Source: Octopus bimaculoides (Eukaryota). Taken from it: a DNA stretch of 64,000 nucleotides. Position numbers and translations under genes: made by a program. Of this stretch, positions 1 to 12,070 are shown one piece after another (the stretch's first letter is position 1; every line of letters starts with the position of its first letter). The DNA lies in contig NC_068982.1 in assembly GCF_001194135.2 (NCBI RefSeq), positions 11,634,446-11,698,445 on the forward strand, read 5' to 3'. Under the pieces are notes generated by a model. It was not told the origin of the DNA. It made no database searches and was given only the letters and a program-made list of their open reading frames with translations.

Positions 1-96
1 TTTTGACACAGAAAAACCATATTTGCTATGTAAAAACATGAACATACACATAAATAAAAAACCATTGATAAATTCACTTTTTATTTATTCCTTCAG

Positions 97-165
97 GTGT
101 TAAAACTTTTATGGCACCTCTGCAGCTTTGTCATTGAGAAAGTTCCACTGCAATTGATGCAATGA
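97..165 (+). other. Possible terminal exon of a gene lying upstream of the window
   Basis: Strong acceptor ttcactttttatttattccttcag|G at 95-96. Frames end GVKTFMAPLQLCH* (137) or VLKLLWHLCSFVIEKVPLQLMQ* (165). AATAAA motifs follow, and about 1.1 kb has no recognisable repeat. No homology recognised. Confidence 0.2.
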
Positions 166-1277
166 AGCAGTGTCAGTGATGAGGTTGCAGTTGAGCAACA
201 AAGATTTCAACACCAAGAAATAAATGGAGAATTTGTTTTCTTTTTGTGTGTGTTTTTTTTTTTTAGTTAAAAAGGATTTTCCATAATGAAATTTGCTTTA
301 CTTTCAACACAAGATCTCAGATAAAATCACCTGCCAGCAAAGTACAACTTAGGAATAAAATATCTCAAAACTTTGAAAATGAAATTCTAAATTTCGAAAC
401 AAAAGATTGTTTTAACAAAAGAATTGTGTTCAATTTTTTCAATGTTTTGAATTGTTAGACAAGAGTTTTAGGAACAATTATTTTGCAACAAACACATGTT
501 GTTAATAAAAGAAGAATCTAAATTCTAAACAAGACTTATGAGATTATTTCTTCCAAGAGTCAGAGAAGTTATTTTATCTAGTAGTCTGCCTTTTATTCTT
601 AGTGAACAGTCTCATTTTACAGGAAAATATATAAAGAAAAAAAAAGGAAAACACGAGTATGGGAGTATTGGAGTATGATACATCAAATGAAGAGTTTTTT
701 CTGAAAATAAGCAAAAAAAAAAACAAAAAAATGAATGGAGAAAAAAAAAATGTTGCCACTTTGACAAGTGACGTGCTGAAATACAGGCTTTATACATTGT
801 GGTGATTGAGCTACACACATCTGAGTGCATGTGAAATGTGTGAGCATACTTTGACATTTGTCAAGCAATTAAACTAGCAATCATTGTTTCAGAAACATCT
901 TAAAAAGAAAAGAAAAAAGCATAGACGTGTTATTAAAATGCAATGCTTTTGATAGATTATTCAAATGTAAGTATCAACACTTTGGGGATAATGTGAAGAG
1001 GAAAGCGGTTTTGGATTTGGAATATATTGCAACAGAATGTTGAAATAAGGCACAAAAATAATCTTATGAACAAAGATAATTGTGATTTGGATTTATATAT
1101 GGTGGAGGCTGGTTTAATTGCTAACAAAGTGAGAGAGAAAGAATGCGAATATATTAAAAAAAAGCCATTTTAGAAGTGGGAAATATTAAGGAAAGCCTTA
1201 TATATTTCTATATTTTGGGATAGTCATTTTCTTTTTCATTTTTTGCCGAATAAACACATGCACTATATATTTGTTTC

Positions 1278-1654
1278 GTACTTTTTGGTTATCTCACCCC
1301 CATTAAAAAATTACCATTAAAAAATTGGGTTACCTCCCCACTAAAAAATTGAGTTTTTGGCGACAAGAGATTGGATTAAAAGAGTTAGATCCTTTTGATT
1401 CAATACTTCAACACATTGTTGACATTTGGCCTCCTCAATAGGCAGGATATGATTTGTTATAAAAATGTTATTAGATTCAATTAGATGAATAATTTTTTCA
1501 GTTTTCTGGTTTATTGATTTTCATTTTTTTTTTGTTTTATTGAGGGTTAAACAATTTCTTTAGGTGGGGGAGATAACCAAAAGAACCAATATTTTTCATA
1601 AAACAGGGGGAAATAACCCAATTTTTTAATGGGGGTGAGATAACTAAGAAGTAC
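1278..1654. mobile_element. MITE with about 35-bp TIRs
   Basis: gtactttttggttatctcacccccattaaaaaatt ... aattttttaatgggggtgagataactaagaagtac. Confidence 0.75.
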
Positions 1655-1702
1655 CATTTCTTCACTCATTTATTACTGTTCTGATTTTAAATGTTGTCCA
1701 TA

Positions 1703-1746
1703 GTCTGGAAATCTTTCATCACACATCTGTGACCTCTTCAGTGACC
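1703..1746 (-). ncRNA. Degenerate minimal type I hammerhead ribozyme motif
   Basis: Reverse complement reads CTGAAGA-GGTCAC-agatgt-GTGAT-GAAA-GATT-TC. Core intact; stems I and II are damaged. Confidence 0.5.
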
Positions 1747-1824
1747 CTTTCTGTCCATGTGTGTTCTCCAGCTCTGCTTAATCTATGAGTTAAGCAGAGC
1801 AGGAGGAGGAACATGGATGGAAAA

Positions 1825-1868
1825 GGTTGCCGAAGAGGTCACAGATGCGTGACAAAAGATTTCCGGAC
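1825..1868 (+). ncRNA. Degenerate minimal type I hammerhead ribozyme motif
   Basis: ggttg-CCGAAGA-GGTCAC-agatgc-GTGAC-AAAA-GATT-TC-cggac. U4C and G12A changes. Confidence 0.4.
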
Positions 1869-2029
1869 AATGGACATCAGTTAAAACAAGAACAGTAATA
1901 AACTAGTGCATGTGTTTATTTAGCATAGAAGAGAAGAAAGAAGAAAAACGACCATCCTGAAATATAACAATATCGGTTTCAACATGGTTTCACATCAGGA
2001 ATCATGCAACACAGATTCATAAATGTATA

Positions 2030-2070
<41 letters not shown>

Positions 2071-2199
2071 TATCCAACCCATGCTAGCATGGAAGGCAGA
2101 CGTTAAACGATGATATATATATACATATATATATTACTTTATTAAGATATTCAGCTGATTTGTAACTTCTTAATCAGATGATATACTTAGGCATGGCTA

Positions 2200-2640
2200 T
2201 AGACTCAAACATGGTTGTATGGTGAGAAGTTTGTTTCTGAACTACAGGGTTCAATTCCAGTGTGTGGCACCTTCCTTGGGCAAGTGTCTTCTACCTTACT
2301 CCCAAGCTGACCAAAGCCTTGTGAATGTACTTGATTGACTGAAACTGAAAGAAGCCCATTGTATGAATGTATATGTATGTGTTAGTGCTGAGCATGTTTG
2401 TGTAGCCTTGTCTATGCATTGCATGGTAGTTGTAAAACAATTGTTCCTGTCATACAAGCAGTATCACACATTTTCAGTGTTCTGCAAGAACGTGTCTGGC
2501 CCTGGCAAAATATAACCTTGCTTAGAAACAGGTGAAGTTTGGTGACAGGAAAAGCATCCATCCACAGAAAATCTGCCTCAGTAAACTCCATCTGACTCGT
2601 GCAAGCATGATAAGGTGGATGTCAAAACAATGATGATGAT
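2200..2640 (+). mobile_element. Old tRNA-derived SINE with an RTE-type 3' tail
   Basis: Family-A-like head and core (ccttgggcaagtgtcttcta). Ends ...gcaagcatg...gtcaaaacaatgatgatgatg, like the RTE 3' ends in this window. Confidence 0.7.
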
Positions 2641-2660
2641 GTTTGTAACCATAAATGACA

Positions 2661-3066
2661 TACTCTTTTACTCTTTTACTTGTTTCAGTCATTTGACTGC
2701 AACCATGCTGGAGCACCGCCTTTAGTCGAGCAAATTGACCCCAGGACTTATTCTTTGTAAGTCTAGTACTTATTCTATTGGTCTCTTTTTGCCGATCCAC
2801 TAAGTTAAGGGGAGGTAAACACACCAGCATCGGTTGTCAAGCGATAGTGGGAGGACAAACACAGACACACAAACACACATACATATATATATATACATAT
2901 ATAGGACAGGCTTCTTTCAGTTTCCGTCTACCAAATCCACTCACAAGGCTTTGGTCGGAACGTGGCTATAGTAGAAGACACTTGACCAAGGTGTCACGCA
3001 GTGGGACTGAACCAGGAACCATGTGGTTGGTAAGCAAGCTACTTACCACACAGCCACTGCTGCACC
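2661..3066 (-). mobile_element. Full-length tRNA-derived SINE, family A (Octopus OR-type, CORE-like domain)
   Basis: Head gtggctgtgtggtaagtagcttgcttacc, core gcaccttgggcaagtgtc, central TA/CA microsatellite, tail gactgaaacaagtaaaagagtaaaagag. More than 15 copies in the window. Confidence 0.9.
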
Positions 3067-3361
3067 TATTAGAAACAAAAAGTGAATAAATAATCATTCA
3101 TGTATTGTTTTACATAGAAATTTGACTCAATCACTTTGTTTCAACTTTTGTTTTATAATATATTTCTATATCCCATTGTTTCACCAGCCCCCAACTTCCA
3201 TACTGCTTCTCATAGGTTGCTCTACTTACAAATACTTGCATTTATATCTAAAAGAACAGCTGCTATCATGCTACTTCAAGAAAAAAAAATCTACTTTGGG
3301 ATTTTTTTGTCTTTTGCTAGTTTTGTCTTTATGAAATTAAAATTATATACATACACACATA

Positions 3362-3373
3362 TGTATGTATGTA

Positions 3374-3431
<58 letters not shown>
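3362..3431. repeat. (TATG)n/(TG)n microsatellite, one of dozens of TA, CA, AAT and GAT tracts
   Basis: Direct reading. Confidence 0.95.
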
Positions 3432-3433
<2 letters not shown>

Positions 3434-3795
3434 CATGGCACCTGTGCCCAGCGTCGCCTTCCTGGCACTTGTGCCGGTGGCACGTGTAAAGACATTCGAG
3501 TGGGATTGTTGCCAGTGCCGCTGGACTGGCTCCTGTGCAGGTGGCATGTAAAATGCACCATTTTGAGCGTGGCCGTTGCCAGTACCGCCGGACTGGCCTT
3601 CGTGCAAGGTGGCACGTAAAAGCACCCACTACACTCTCGGAGTGGTTGGCGTTAGGAAGGGCATCCAGCTGTAGAAACTCTGCCAGATCAGATTGGAGCC
3701 TGGTGCAGCCATCTGGTTCACCAGTCCTCAGTCAAATCGTCCAACCCATGCTAGCATGGAAAACGGATGTTAAACGATGATGATGATGATGATGA
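3432..3795 (+). mobile_element. RTE-clade LINE 3' UTR fragment
   Basis: Tandem units with ggtggcacgtaaaa, then gttaggaagggcatccagctgtagaaac...ccaacccatgctagcatggaaaacggatgttaaac(gat)n. The same 3' end follows the RTE ORF at 4778. Confidence 0.85.
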
Positions 3796-4135
3796 TACAT
3801 GTTTGCGGGTATATGCTTGTGTTAATGCATACACACACAACACATGTATGTATATGTATATAAGAAAATGAGATGACAAAGGAATAAAGGATTATCTTAT
3901 GAACTTCGTTATTTTACAGTTGTTTCCACCATAAGATGCAGTGGACTTAATAGTTGAGTGCTTGAATAAATAGCATAGTTTCATCGGAGCCCCAGAATGC
4001 TATATATACATATATATTTGAGGGGATATTTGACCTCTAAAAAGGCAATTTCTCTGCAACCTGACATGGAGAAAATGTTTTGCTTTTAGAAAAAAGTTAA
4101 AAACACAAAAGTCATTTTAGAGTATCCCCTATGGA

Positions 4136-4179
4136 TTGGCAGATGCATTTCAAATTTCTTTTGCTCTCTTCAGCATCAG
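4136..4179 (-). ncRNA. Minimal type I hammerhead motif (core intact, stems decayed)
   Basis: Reverse complement reads CTGATG-CTGAAGA-GAGC-aaaagaa-ATTT-GAAA-TGCA-TC-TGCCAA. Confidence 0.6.
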
Positions 4180-4369
4180 ATACCAAGCAGAGCAACTATG
4201 AACTGATTCAGATTTTGTTTTGTTTTTTCTACACCACTGCTTTGCACATCATTCATATATTTTGTTCTCTCTTGGTGGTTGAAGCACACGTTCTGTAAAT
4301 AGCATTTACCGATCTCTTGTAAAGAAGTCAAGACTTGCAGTCCATTAAGAGTTGCTCCCTGCTTGGTAT

Positions 4370-4413
4370 CTGGTGCTGAAAAGGGCAACAGAAGCTCAAA
4401 ATGCATCTACCAG
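4370..4413 (+). ncRNA. Minimal type I hammerhead motif (stems intact, core mutated)
   Basis: CTGGTG-CTGAAAA-GGGC-aacagaa-GCTC-AAAA-TGCA-TC-TACCAG. Stem I 6 bp, stem II 4 bp; G8A and G12A. Confidence 0.6.
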
Positions 4414-4774
4414 TCCATAGGAGTTGCTCTGAGCTGTCCTCAGTGTTTTTAACACCTTTTACTGAAGTAAGAAATTTTCTCCATGGCAGACAGCAGATAA
4501 AATTGCCTTTTCACTGGTCAAATATGTCCAAAACATATTTGAACTGACCCACAATTTATTTTACACAATTGCTTTGCATTGCATGCCACCTGTATGTGTA
4601 TGTATGTATGTATGTATGCATGTCTGTGTGTGTGTGTTTGTGTGTATATATATATATGTATATATACACAAACACACACCCATACATGAACACACATTAT
4701 ATACTTTATGACATAAAACATACCACCCACCTGTCCATTAATGTACACATATATTTATCAGTGTGCCCTGAGAA

Positions 4775-5620
4775 AAGTTGGATTTAAGAAGCATCAGATG
4801 TGGTGTGCAAGAGAGACAACTGCACTGGCATGGTCATGTGTTTTGTATGGATGAGGACAGCTGTGTGAAAAAGTGTCACACTCTAGCAGTTGAGGGAACC
4901 TGTGGAAGAGGTAGACCTAGGAAAACCTGGGATGAGGTGGTGAAGCATGACCTTCGAACATTGGGCCTTACCGAGGCAATGAGTAGTGACCAGGACCTTT
5001 GGAGATATGCTGTGCTTGAGAAGACCCGACAAGCGAAGTGAGCCCATGGCCCATGGCCTATGCCAGTGGTTGTAACCAGCCCATTTATGAATACCTCTCA
5101 TTCATTGGACAATGAACTTTGCTTGTGAAGACCTATTGAGGCAAGTGAAATCAAAGTCAAAATTGCTGACATGGCTGATGACAGTACTGCCTGAATGGCA
5201 CTCGTGCCAGTGAAACGTTAAAAGCACATCCAAGTATGATTGTTGCCAGGGCCACGGATTGGCTCCTGTGCCGGTAACATGTGAAAAGCACCATTCGAGT
5301 GTGATCGTTGCCAGCATTGCTTTACTGGCACATGTGCTGGTGGCACGTGAAAAACAAAATGCGAGTGTGGTCGATGCCAGTGCCACCGGACTGGCTCCTG
5401 TGCAGGTAGTACATAAAAACACCTTTTGAGCGAGGTCATTGCCAGTGGCACATAAAAGCACCTGCTACACTCTTGGAGTGGTTGACATTAGAAAGGGCAT
5501 CCAGCTGTAGAAACTTTGCCAGATCAGATTGAGCCTGGTGCAGCCTTCTGGCTTGCCAGTCTTCAGTCAAACCGTCCAACCCATGCCAGCATGGAAAGCG
5601 GATGTAAAACGATGATGATG
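4775..5620 (+). mobile_element. 5'-truncated RTE-clade LINE (ORF C-terminus plus 3' UTR)
   Basis: ORF 4778-5041 ...ERQLHWHGHVFCMDEDSCVKKC...GRGRPRKTWDEVVKHDL matches the RTE RLRWxGHV/GRPRKTW C-terminus. Ends in (gat)n. Confidence 0.9.
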
Positions 5621-7569
5621 ATATATATATATATATGCACAAAGATACACATGTGTGTATGTATATATTTGAGTGTTTGTTATAGTATTTGTAAAAATAT
5701 TCTGCATTAGTTTAACATATTCAGTGCAGAGTGTACAGTGACTTTAGTGAGGCAAGCAAACAAATGTAAATTCATTTTGTATTTTCTTTGCAGACAAAAA
5801 AATGGAGATTATTCTGTTATGTTTTATGTCTTATTGGACACTTTGCAGCAGATAATGTAGTCCTCTTCCTTGTACCCACATTGAGGATGTAATAGCAATC
5901 ACTCCGATCACAACATAGCAGATGATCAACTAATTTGCATATCATGCATCTGTTGTTAGCATGACGAAATAATTAATATACATTTTATGATGAAATATCA
6001 TGTATTAGTGAATTTAACATAAATTTTATGCTGTTAGGCTCCAGTTTATGAAAGTAGTCAAATCTAAAGACATTTTGTTATTCTCTTTATGTTTAAAAAG
6101 AAATGAGATTAATGTAACGTTTCATGGTTGGTTGGCCACTCTACAGAGGTTAAGCGAAACCTTGAACTGTTTCAGGATAATCTCCTTTATTTTTCTATGT
6201 GCATAGAGAAAAGTATAATATATTTACATTTGTCTATGTTCTACAGCAGAGGTGCTTGGAGCTATAGGCTAACTACATCAAATTTGTATTATATATATGT
6301 ACATATGAATATATATATATGTTTGTATGCATTTATGTGTATAGATGTGCATATAAATGTATTTGTACTTATCCACACACGACAAATAAACAAAGAAAAA
6401 AACAAAAAAAAATATCAAACCATCAATATTCTTCAAACTCTATTGTATAGATTCTTTGAAAAGAAGTTTTACAACTAGATAATGTTTGAAGAATCAATTG
6501 TAGTTGTTATGTATTGTATGTTGTGTTTATAAAGTACCTTTGCTTTCTCTTTTAGTTCTCAAGTCACCTTACATTTTGCACAATTGAAAAGATATTCATT
6601 TAAGCAATATATTTTATAAATGTGTTTGATATCATTGTGTTCACATCAGCTGTTTGAAATTTTTGTTCTTATTGATTATCTTAATTTTTTTCCTCCTTTC
6701 ATTGTTTACTATTTTGCCATTAAATTGTTGTATCTGGTTTTCTACTGTCATTGCTTGATACAAAGTCGACATTAGTATTTTTGTTGTTGTTGTGTTAGAG
6801 TTATGTTCAGCTTCTTTCTTTTGGGATGGATGCTTCATAAAAAAAATCTTTATGGAAATGTAATTGTGTGTGTGTGTGTGTATACACTGCCGCTCTGCAT
6901 CTTTTAATTTTGTTACTGTTGATTTCATAGAATACTTTGATCTATGAAATCAAAATATATGTATACACATAAATTATTTCACCAAACATAAAGTCTAAAT
7001 GTGTATATTTTGTAAATAATAATATTGGTGATTAATTCTGTTAATGCTAATAATAACGAGGATACTTTTTTAAAAAAGTTTGCCACATGAATAAATGACT
7101 ACAATATTTCACTGATACTTATTCTGTTGACATTGTAAGGGGAAAAAACAGAGCAATCTTTGATGAGTTTTGAGTTGAAAACTTAAAGGGGCATAATTAA
7201 TTACCATGAGGAAGGAGACAGTCAATTAAACTATCTCTAGGGGTCTGACTTCTATTTCATTCTATCAACATCAGAGGGATGAAAGGTAGACTTGAACTTC
7301 ACAAAATTTGAATATGCGAATGTTGTACCTCTGTTAGTTAATAAAAAAATTTAAGCGTGCTTTTACATTATTGTCTGTGGACCCCCCCCCCAGCACTCAC
7401 CTATGTGTGTGTTTATGTTGGTTTTATTTTTGTGTGAGCGTGTGTGTGTGTGTGAGCATATACATACACACATACACACACACAGACGATGAGATGAAAA
7501 AATGAGAGTATATTGTGTAAGGTTAGAATTATTAACAATTTTTTTTTTTAAACGAGGACTTAAGGCCAT

Positions 7570-7905
7570 TGTTAAAATGATTGGATAAGTAAAGAACAGT
7601 TGCTAAGTAAGAGTAAATTGTCAGGTTGTTGTTTCTTGAGGATTTGGACGTCTCACTGATAGAGAATATTTAGGTCTGTTAAGAGTTGTTGTAGTTACTT
7701 GTAATCAAACAGTCTAGATATAGAAAGCAAAGTGATGGCCGCTTATCAGTAGCATATCAGTGTCAAGGTATAGAGGTAACTGTAAGAAGGTTATCTATGT
7801 AGAGAAGGAAGAAGTTCAGTTGAACTACTGAGTTTTCAAGTACTTCAAAGGTAATAGAATGCAACCAGACAGAAGTGAAAGTTCTACCAATAACTGTATT
7901 GATGT
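7570..7905 (-). mobile_element. Heavily decayed CR1/L2/Jockey-group reverse transcriptase fragment
   Basis: Translation ...QLNFFLLYIDNLLTVTSIP*H*YA(T)D... resembles LFLLFINDLLSxTSNPIHSYADD, followed by LTDLNILYQ*. Confidence 0.55.
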
Positions 7906-7914
7906 GGATTACAG

Positions 7915-8100
7915 TCCTAGCCAGGTGGTTAACAATTTTGCTTCGCAATCACGAGATTCCATGTTTACTCATCATAACACTCCCATTGTGTAGCATTTTG
8001 GGCAAGTGTCTTTCACTATATAGCCTTTGTTCAGTCCAAGTCTCGTGCATGGAATTAGGTAGGCAGATAGAGTATGGCAATTCAATGGATGGACTCTAAC
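7915..8100 (+). mobile_element. Degenerate family A SINE
   Basis: gtggttaacaattttgcttcgcaatcac...gcattttgggcaagtgtctttcactatatagcc. Confidence 0.5.
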
Positions 8101-8159
8101 AATAATTGAAAGACAAGTTTTGTTAAACATTGTGGCATGCTGATTTTACCTGAGTCTTA

Positions 8160-8219
<60 letters not shown>

Positions 8220-8225
<6 letters not shown>

Positions 8226-8600
8226 TCTGTTTTCCATGCTGGCATGCTTTGGATGGTTTGACTGGAGCTGGCAAGGCCAGGAGTTGCATCAGGTTCCAAT
8301 TGTTTGTTTTGGCATGGCTTCTACAGCTTCATGCCCTTCCTAATGCCAACCACTGCATGGAATGGTTGACAATAGGAATGGCATAGCACCAGCACATGTA
8401 CTTTATATGTGATACTACCAGGGGTGCTCTTTATATGGCACCAGCATGGGTACTTTATATCTGGCACCAGCACGGATGCTTTGTATGTGACACCATCACC
8501 TGTGTTTTTCATGTGGCACCATCACGAGTGCTTTATATTTGGTAACAGCACCAGTGCTTCATATGAGGCACCAGCACTGGTGCTTTTTACATCTGGGAGG
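8220..8600 (-). mobile_element. Degenerate RTE-type 3' end after a (CAT)n tract
   Basis: ttttccatgctggcatg...gcccttcctaatgccaaccac, then short tggcaccagcac units. Confidence 0.65.
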
Positions 8601-9800
8601 CAGTGGAATACTCAAACACTTGCACCATAAATCAATGAGTAGATACTTCAGTTAATCAACGAATTGAATTACTTGTTGTTGAAATCAGTAGAAAAGCCTA
8701 TTTTTGTTTTTGTTGAAAATAAAATCTAAATTCTTTAAAAGTTTCTTAAAACAATTCAATTTTGGAACATCTACAGACAGAACATCTAAAACCAGAATTT
8801 TTATGTAGCAAAATATGTCATTTTTTAAATAAAATTATTAGTTTTGGTCTCTTACCAAACAAAGTTATCAATTAGTCTATTGTTTAGTCTCACAGAAATG
8901 ATATATAGGTTTTTGAATGAATATATTGTTATATAACATTCTTTAAAGTTTAGATCACAAACTTAAGCTAAACAGGAAAAAAACAAAATGATACAACTTG
9001 CTTACACGTATAAGGTTATGTGTAGCAATATGTGTAACTTGATAATACTTTTCAGGACAAGATATGGAAAGGATAAACACTTTTTTGTTTTGTAATTTAA
9101 TAAAAAAAGAAAAGAAAATTACAAACTTGCCGTTCTTTTATTTTGTAGAATTGGCAGAAATGTAGAGAAAATTTATCAGGGGAAATTTTTGAAACCTGAA
9201 CTGTATTCTTACAATCATTTTCATTGCTTACAATTTCAAGTAACTAAGATATAATTTGTTTTCTTTTGTCATCTATCATGGCGACAATTCTCAATTTATA
9301 TTGTTTTGAAAGCTTTTTAATTTTTTCCGTTCTTCCTATTACATTTAGTCACATTTATCATGAATTATGTCAAAATATTTAATTATTTTGCATGTTATGA
9401 TTTACTTTGACATGAGAAGCAACAATCAGTCATATTTATATTTTCATTTTATTCCACTATTTCTTACAACTGCTTTAAATGAGTTAGGTCATAGCTCCTT
9501 CACCTCCCACCCCCCAGCCACCCTGCCATCAACTCTTTATGGTATGTGCATTGTGAAATAATATGACTAAAATACAGCACTTTTTTTTTTTCATTTGTTT
9601 TGGTAGTGGTAGTTTGTATGTGCTTTGAATATCAATCTTTATTTCTGATAGACTAACTAAATTCATTCTTTTTTTTTCTCTTCTCGTATTTTCGTTGTCT
9701 ATATTCATTTCAATAACTAAACCCATTCGAAATGATTTTTTTCAACACCATCCTCCCCAAACAAACTGACAGGCAAATTCAGTATCCTAGGACTTGCAAC

Positions 9801-10617
9801 CAGGGCTGGCTTTAGGATGTGCAGGGCTCAATCGGGTGAGGTGAGGGGGAGAATTTCCAAGGATCTATCCTATCTCCTACCCGACCGATTTTCATGGAAA
9901 ATATCATTGGCAGCATATTAGGAGATGGGATAAGTTGATAGCACAAAAAAACCCCAGGAAAATATATTATTCCCCACCGAAACCGAGTTGGGTGTTAAAC
10001 TATAAATTTACCAAAAATTTTCACCATCAGTAAGCAAAACTACATCTAACCTATGCTTTTTAAAAACATTCTGGCAAAAATTAGAAAAATATTTAACAAG
10101 ATCCCAAATAAAGTCTTATCTGTTGCATGATGTTATGCTAAAAGAGATATGCATAAAATGAGAATTAATAATTTAGAATTTAGACATTTACAAAAGTATA
10201 TTTATACCAACTCACATACACAAACATATGCACACATATATACATACAATTCACCATACACTTAAACAACCACATACATACTCACACACACACACAAATC
10301 TTTTACCAAAACATGCCCATAAACACTCCCAAACTTACACACATGCCTACATACAGTTGACTCTTACACTAATAATACAAGCAAGGCTGACCCAAGCAAT
10401 TTTGGATGAATGGGTTTATCTTTTTGTATCTAGTGTAGAAAATTTCTTTTTTTTTTTAAAGAGCATTTTTATGTAGATTTTCATAAACATCAGGGAGACC
10501 ATTTTCATAGAAATGTAACAGTATAGGATGTGGCTGACTTGAATGCAGTATAGGATGTGGCTGACTTGGGTGCGGGGCCTGATTGGGAGCAATCAGTCCA
10601 ATTGGTGGCCGGCCCTA
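9801..10617. mobile_element. Non-autonomous hAT element
   Basis: TIRs CAGGGCTGGC / GCCGGCCCTA; 8-bp TSD cttgcaac (9793-9800) / cttgcaat (10618-10625). Confidence 0.8.
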
Positions 10618-10886
10618 CTTGCAATTTATTCATTGAGAAAATATTGAAAAATGATATATTTTTCGGGTCATCCAAGCACAACATATGTAGATCAACTCAC
10701 TAGAGACACTGGTTACCTCTTTGAAACTAATGTAGGAAACTAATGTACCCCCTCAACTAATGAAACTAATGTACCCCCTCAACTAATGTAGGACAGAGAC
10801 GGGTGGAGTGTGTGGGTTAAAAATGTCGGAACAATCTTGACCAGATGATGATATTTCAAATGAATTTTAAAATAAGTGTTCTTATA

Positions 10887-11205
10887 CAGGGGTGGGGTGT
10901 GTGCAAAAGTAGGTATACAGTAAGCATCACATCAATGTTTTAATACTTAATTCATTAAAAATTATTTTCACATTAAATTAGCCTCATTTTTGATATTTTC
11001 AGTGTCATTAATCATAATAATACATTTATCATAACTCTTTTACTCTTTTACTTGTTTCAGTCATTTGACTGTGGCCATGCTGGAGCACCGCCTTTAACTA
11101 TAATAATAATTTTATTGTAACTTTAAATTGTTTTTGATAAAAATAAATGAGTATTGTACGTGTTTACTTTTTTCATAACTGTATACCTACTTTTGCACCA
11201 CCCTG
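10887..11205. mobile_element. Tc1/mariner MITE containing a SINE A tail fragment
   Basis: TA-flanked TIRs cagg...gtgcaaaagtaggtatacag / ctgtatacctacttttgcaccaccctg. Confidence 0.85.
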
Positions 11206-11221
11206 TATACATAAGACACTG

Positions 11222-11458
11222 AAGGGGGCAAGCTGGCAGAACCGTTAGCATGCCGGGCGAAATGCTTAGCGGTATTTCATCTACCGTTACGTTCTGAGTT
11301 CAAATTCCTCCGAGGTCGACTTTGCCTTTCATCCTTTCGGAGTCGATTAAATAAGTACCAGTTATGCACTGGGGTCAATATAATCGACTTAATCCGTTTG
11401 TCTGTCCTTGTTTGTCCCCTCTGTGTGTAGCCCCTTGTGGGTAGTAAAGAAATAAGAA
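11222..11458 (+). mobile_element. Full-length tRNA-derived SINE, family B (Nin/Deu-like central domain)
   Basis: Head ggcaagctggcagaaccgttagc; central gaggtcgactttgcctttcatcctttcggagtcgattaaataagtaccag; tail agtaaagaaata. About 20 copies. Confidence 0.9.
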
Positions 11459-11616
11459 TTGTTGGCACACTAAAAAAAACAAAAAAAAAAATGCCTCTAA
11501 GCATATATTGTCTATCATTAATCATTCTACTGCTGCTCAAATTATTTCTTCATGTCTTCTCTTCAATGTTTTAGCATTAAATTATAGTCTTAAATAAAAA
11601 CAGAAATGCAAGTCCT

Positions 11617-11835
11617 TTAACCCCTTTAGCATTTAAACCAGCCAAAATATTCTGTCTGCTTTATGTTCAAACTGGCCAGATGTAACATCTCACACCTACC
11701 CCACAATGTCATTCTAAAAATAAACAATCACATCATCAGAATCTCAAAGCTATGATATAATGCATGATTCATTAAAAGTAATGTGAATAATTAAGCATTA
11801 GATTTGACAGAGAAATCTGAATGCTAAAGGCTTAA
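11617..11835. mobile_element. piggyBac-type MITE (other copies near 16230, 22023, 25165, 39675, 42720)
   Basis: TTAA|CCC(C)TTTAGCATT ... AATGCTAAAGG(C)|TTAA, with a shared internal catcatcagaatctcaaagcta core. Confidence 0.7.
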
Positions 11836-12070
11836 TTGAATTAAATAAAGTTATGACAACTTTACATCAATTTAAATATTTCCATATAATTTAAAGTAAA
11901 TATACCAGGAAGGTTAAATATCACTTCATGAACTTGACTAAGGTTTTCTTTGGTTTACAGTCAAGTAATTCTTTATTCTTCTTAGTTCTGGAGATTTCTA
12001 GTAAATTCTCACATGTACAAATGCATAAATGTTTCAACAAGCTTTATCAAAGTAAGGCTTTTAATGGTGA

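Larger units (their letters stand above)
1202..1972. mobile_element. Fold-back element, probably inverted Penelope-like ends; left arm split by a MITE
   Basis: 1669-1781 pairs with 1790-1903 around an 8-nt loop. Outer arms 1202-1265 and 1904-1972 also pair. Each arm carries a decayed hammerhead. Confidence 0.7.
4023..4529. mobile_element. Fold-back element with about 175-bp arms, each carrying a hammerhead motif
   Basis: 4023-4197 is the inverted copy of 4350-4529 around a 150-bp unique spacer. Confidence 0.8.

Noticed and set aside
5173-5225. CTGATGA...GAAAC inside the RTE 3' UTR
   Set aside because: Sister repeat units lack both motifs, so this is a chance mutation.
5190-5465. Repeat units that might suggest a CRISPR array
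   Set aside because: The whole unit repeats with no unique spacers; it is a LINE UTR in a eukaryotic genome.
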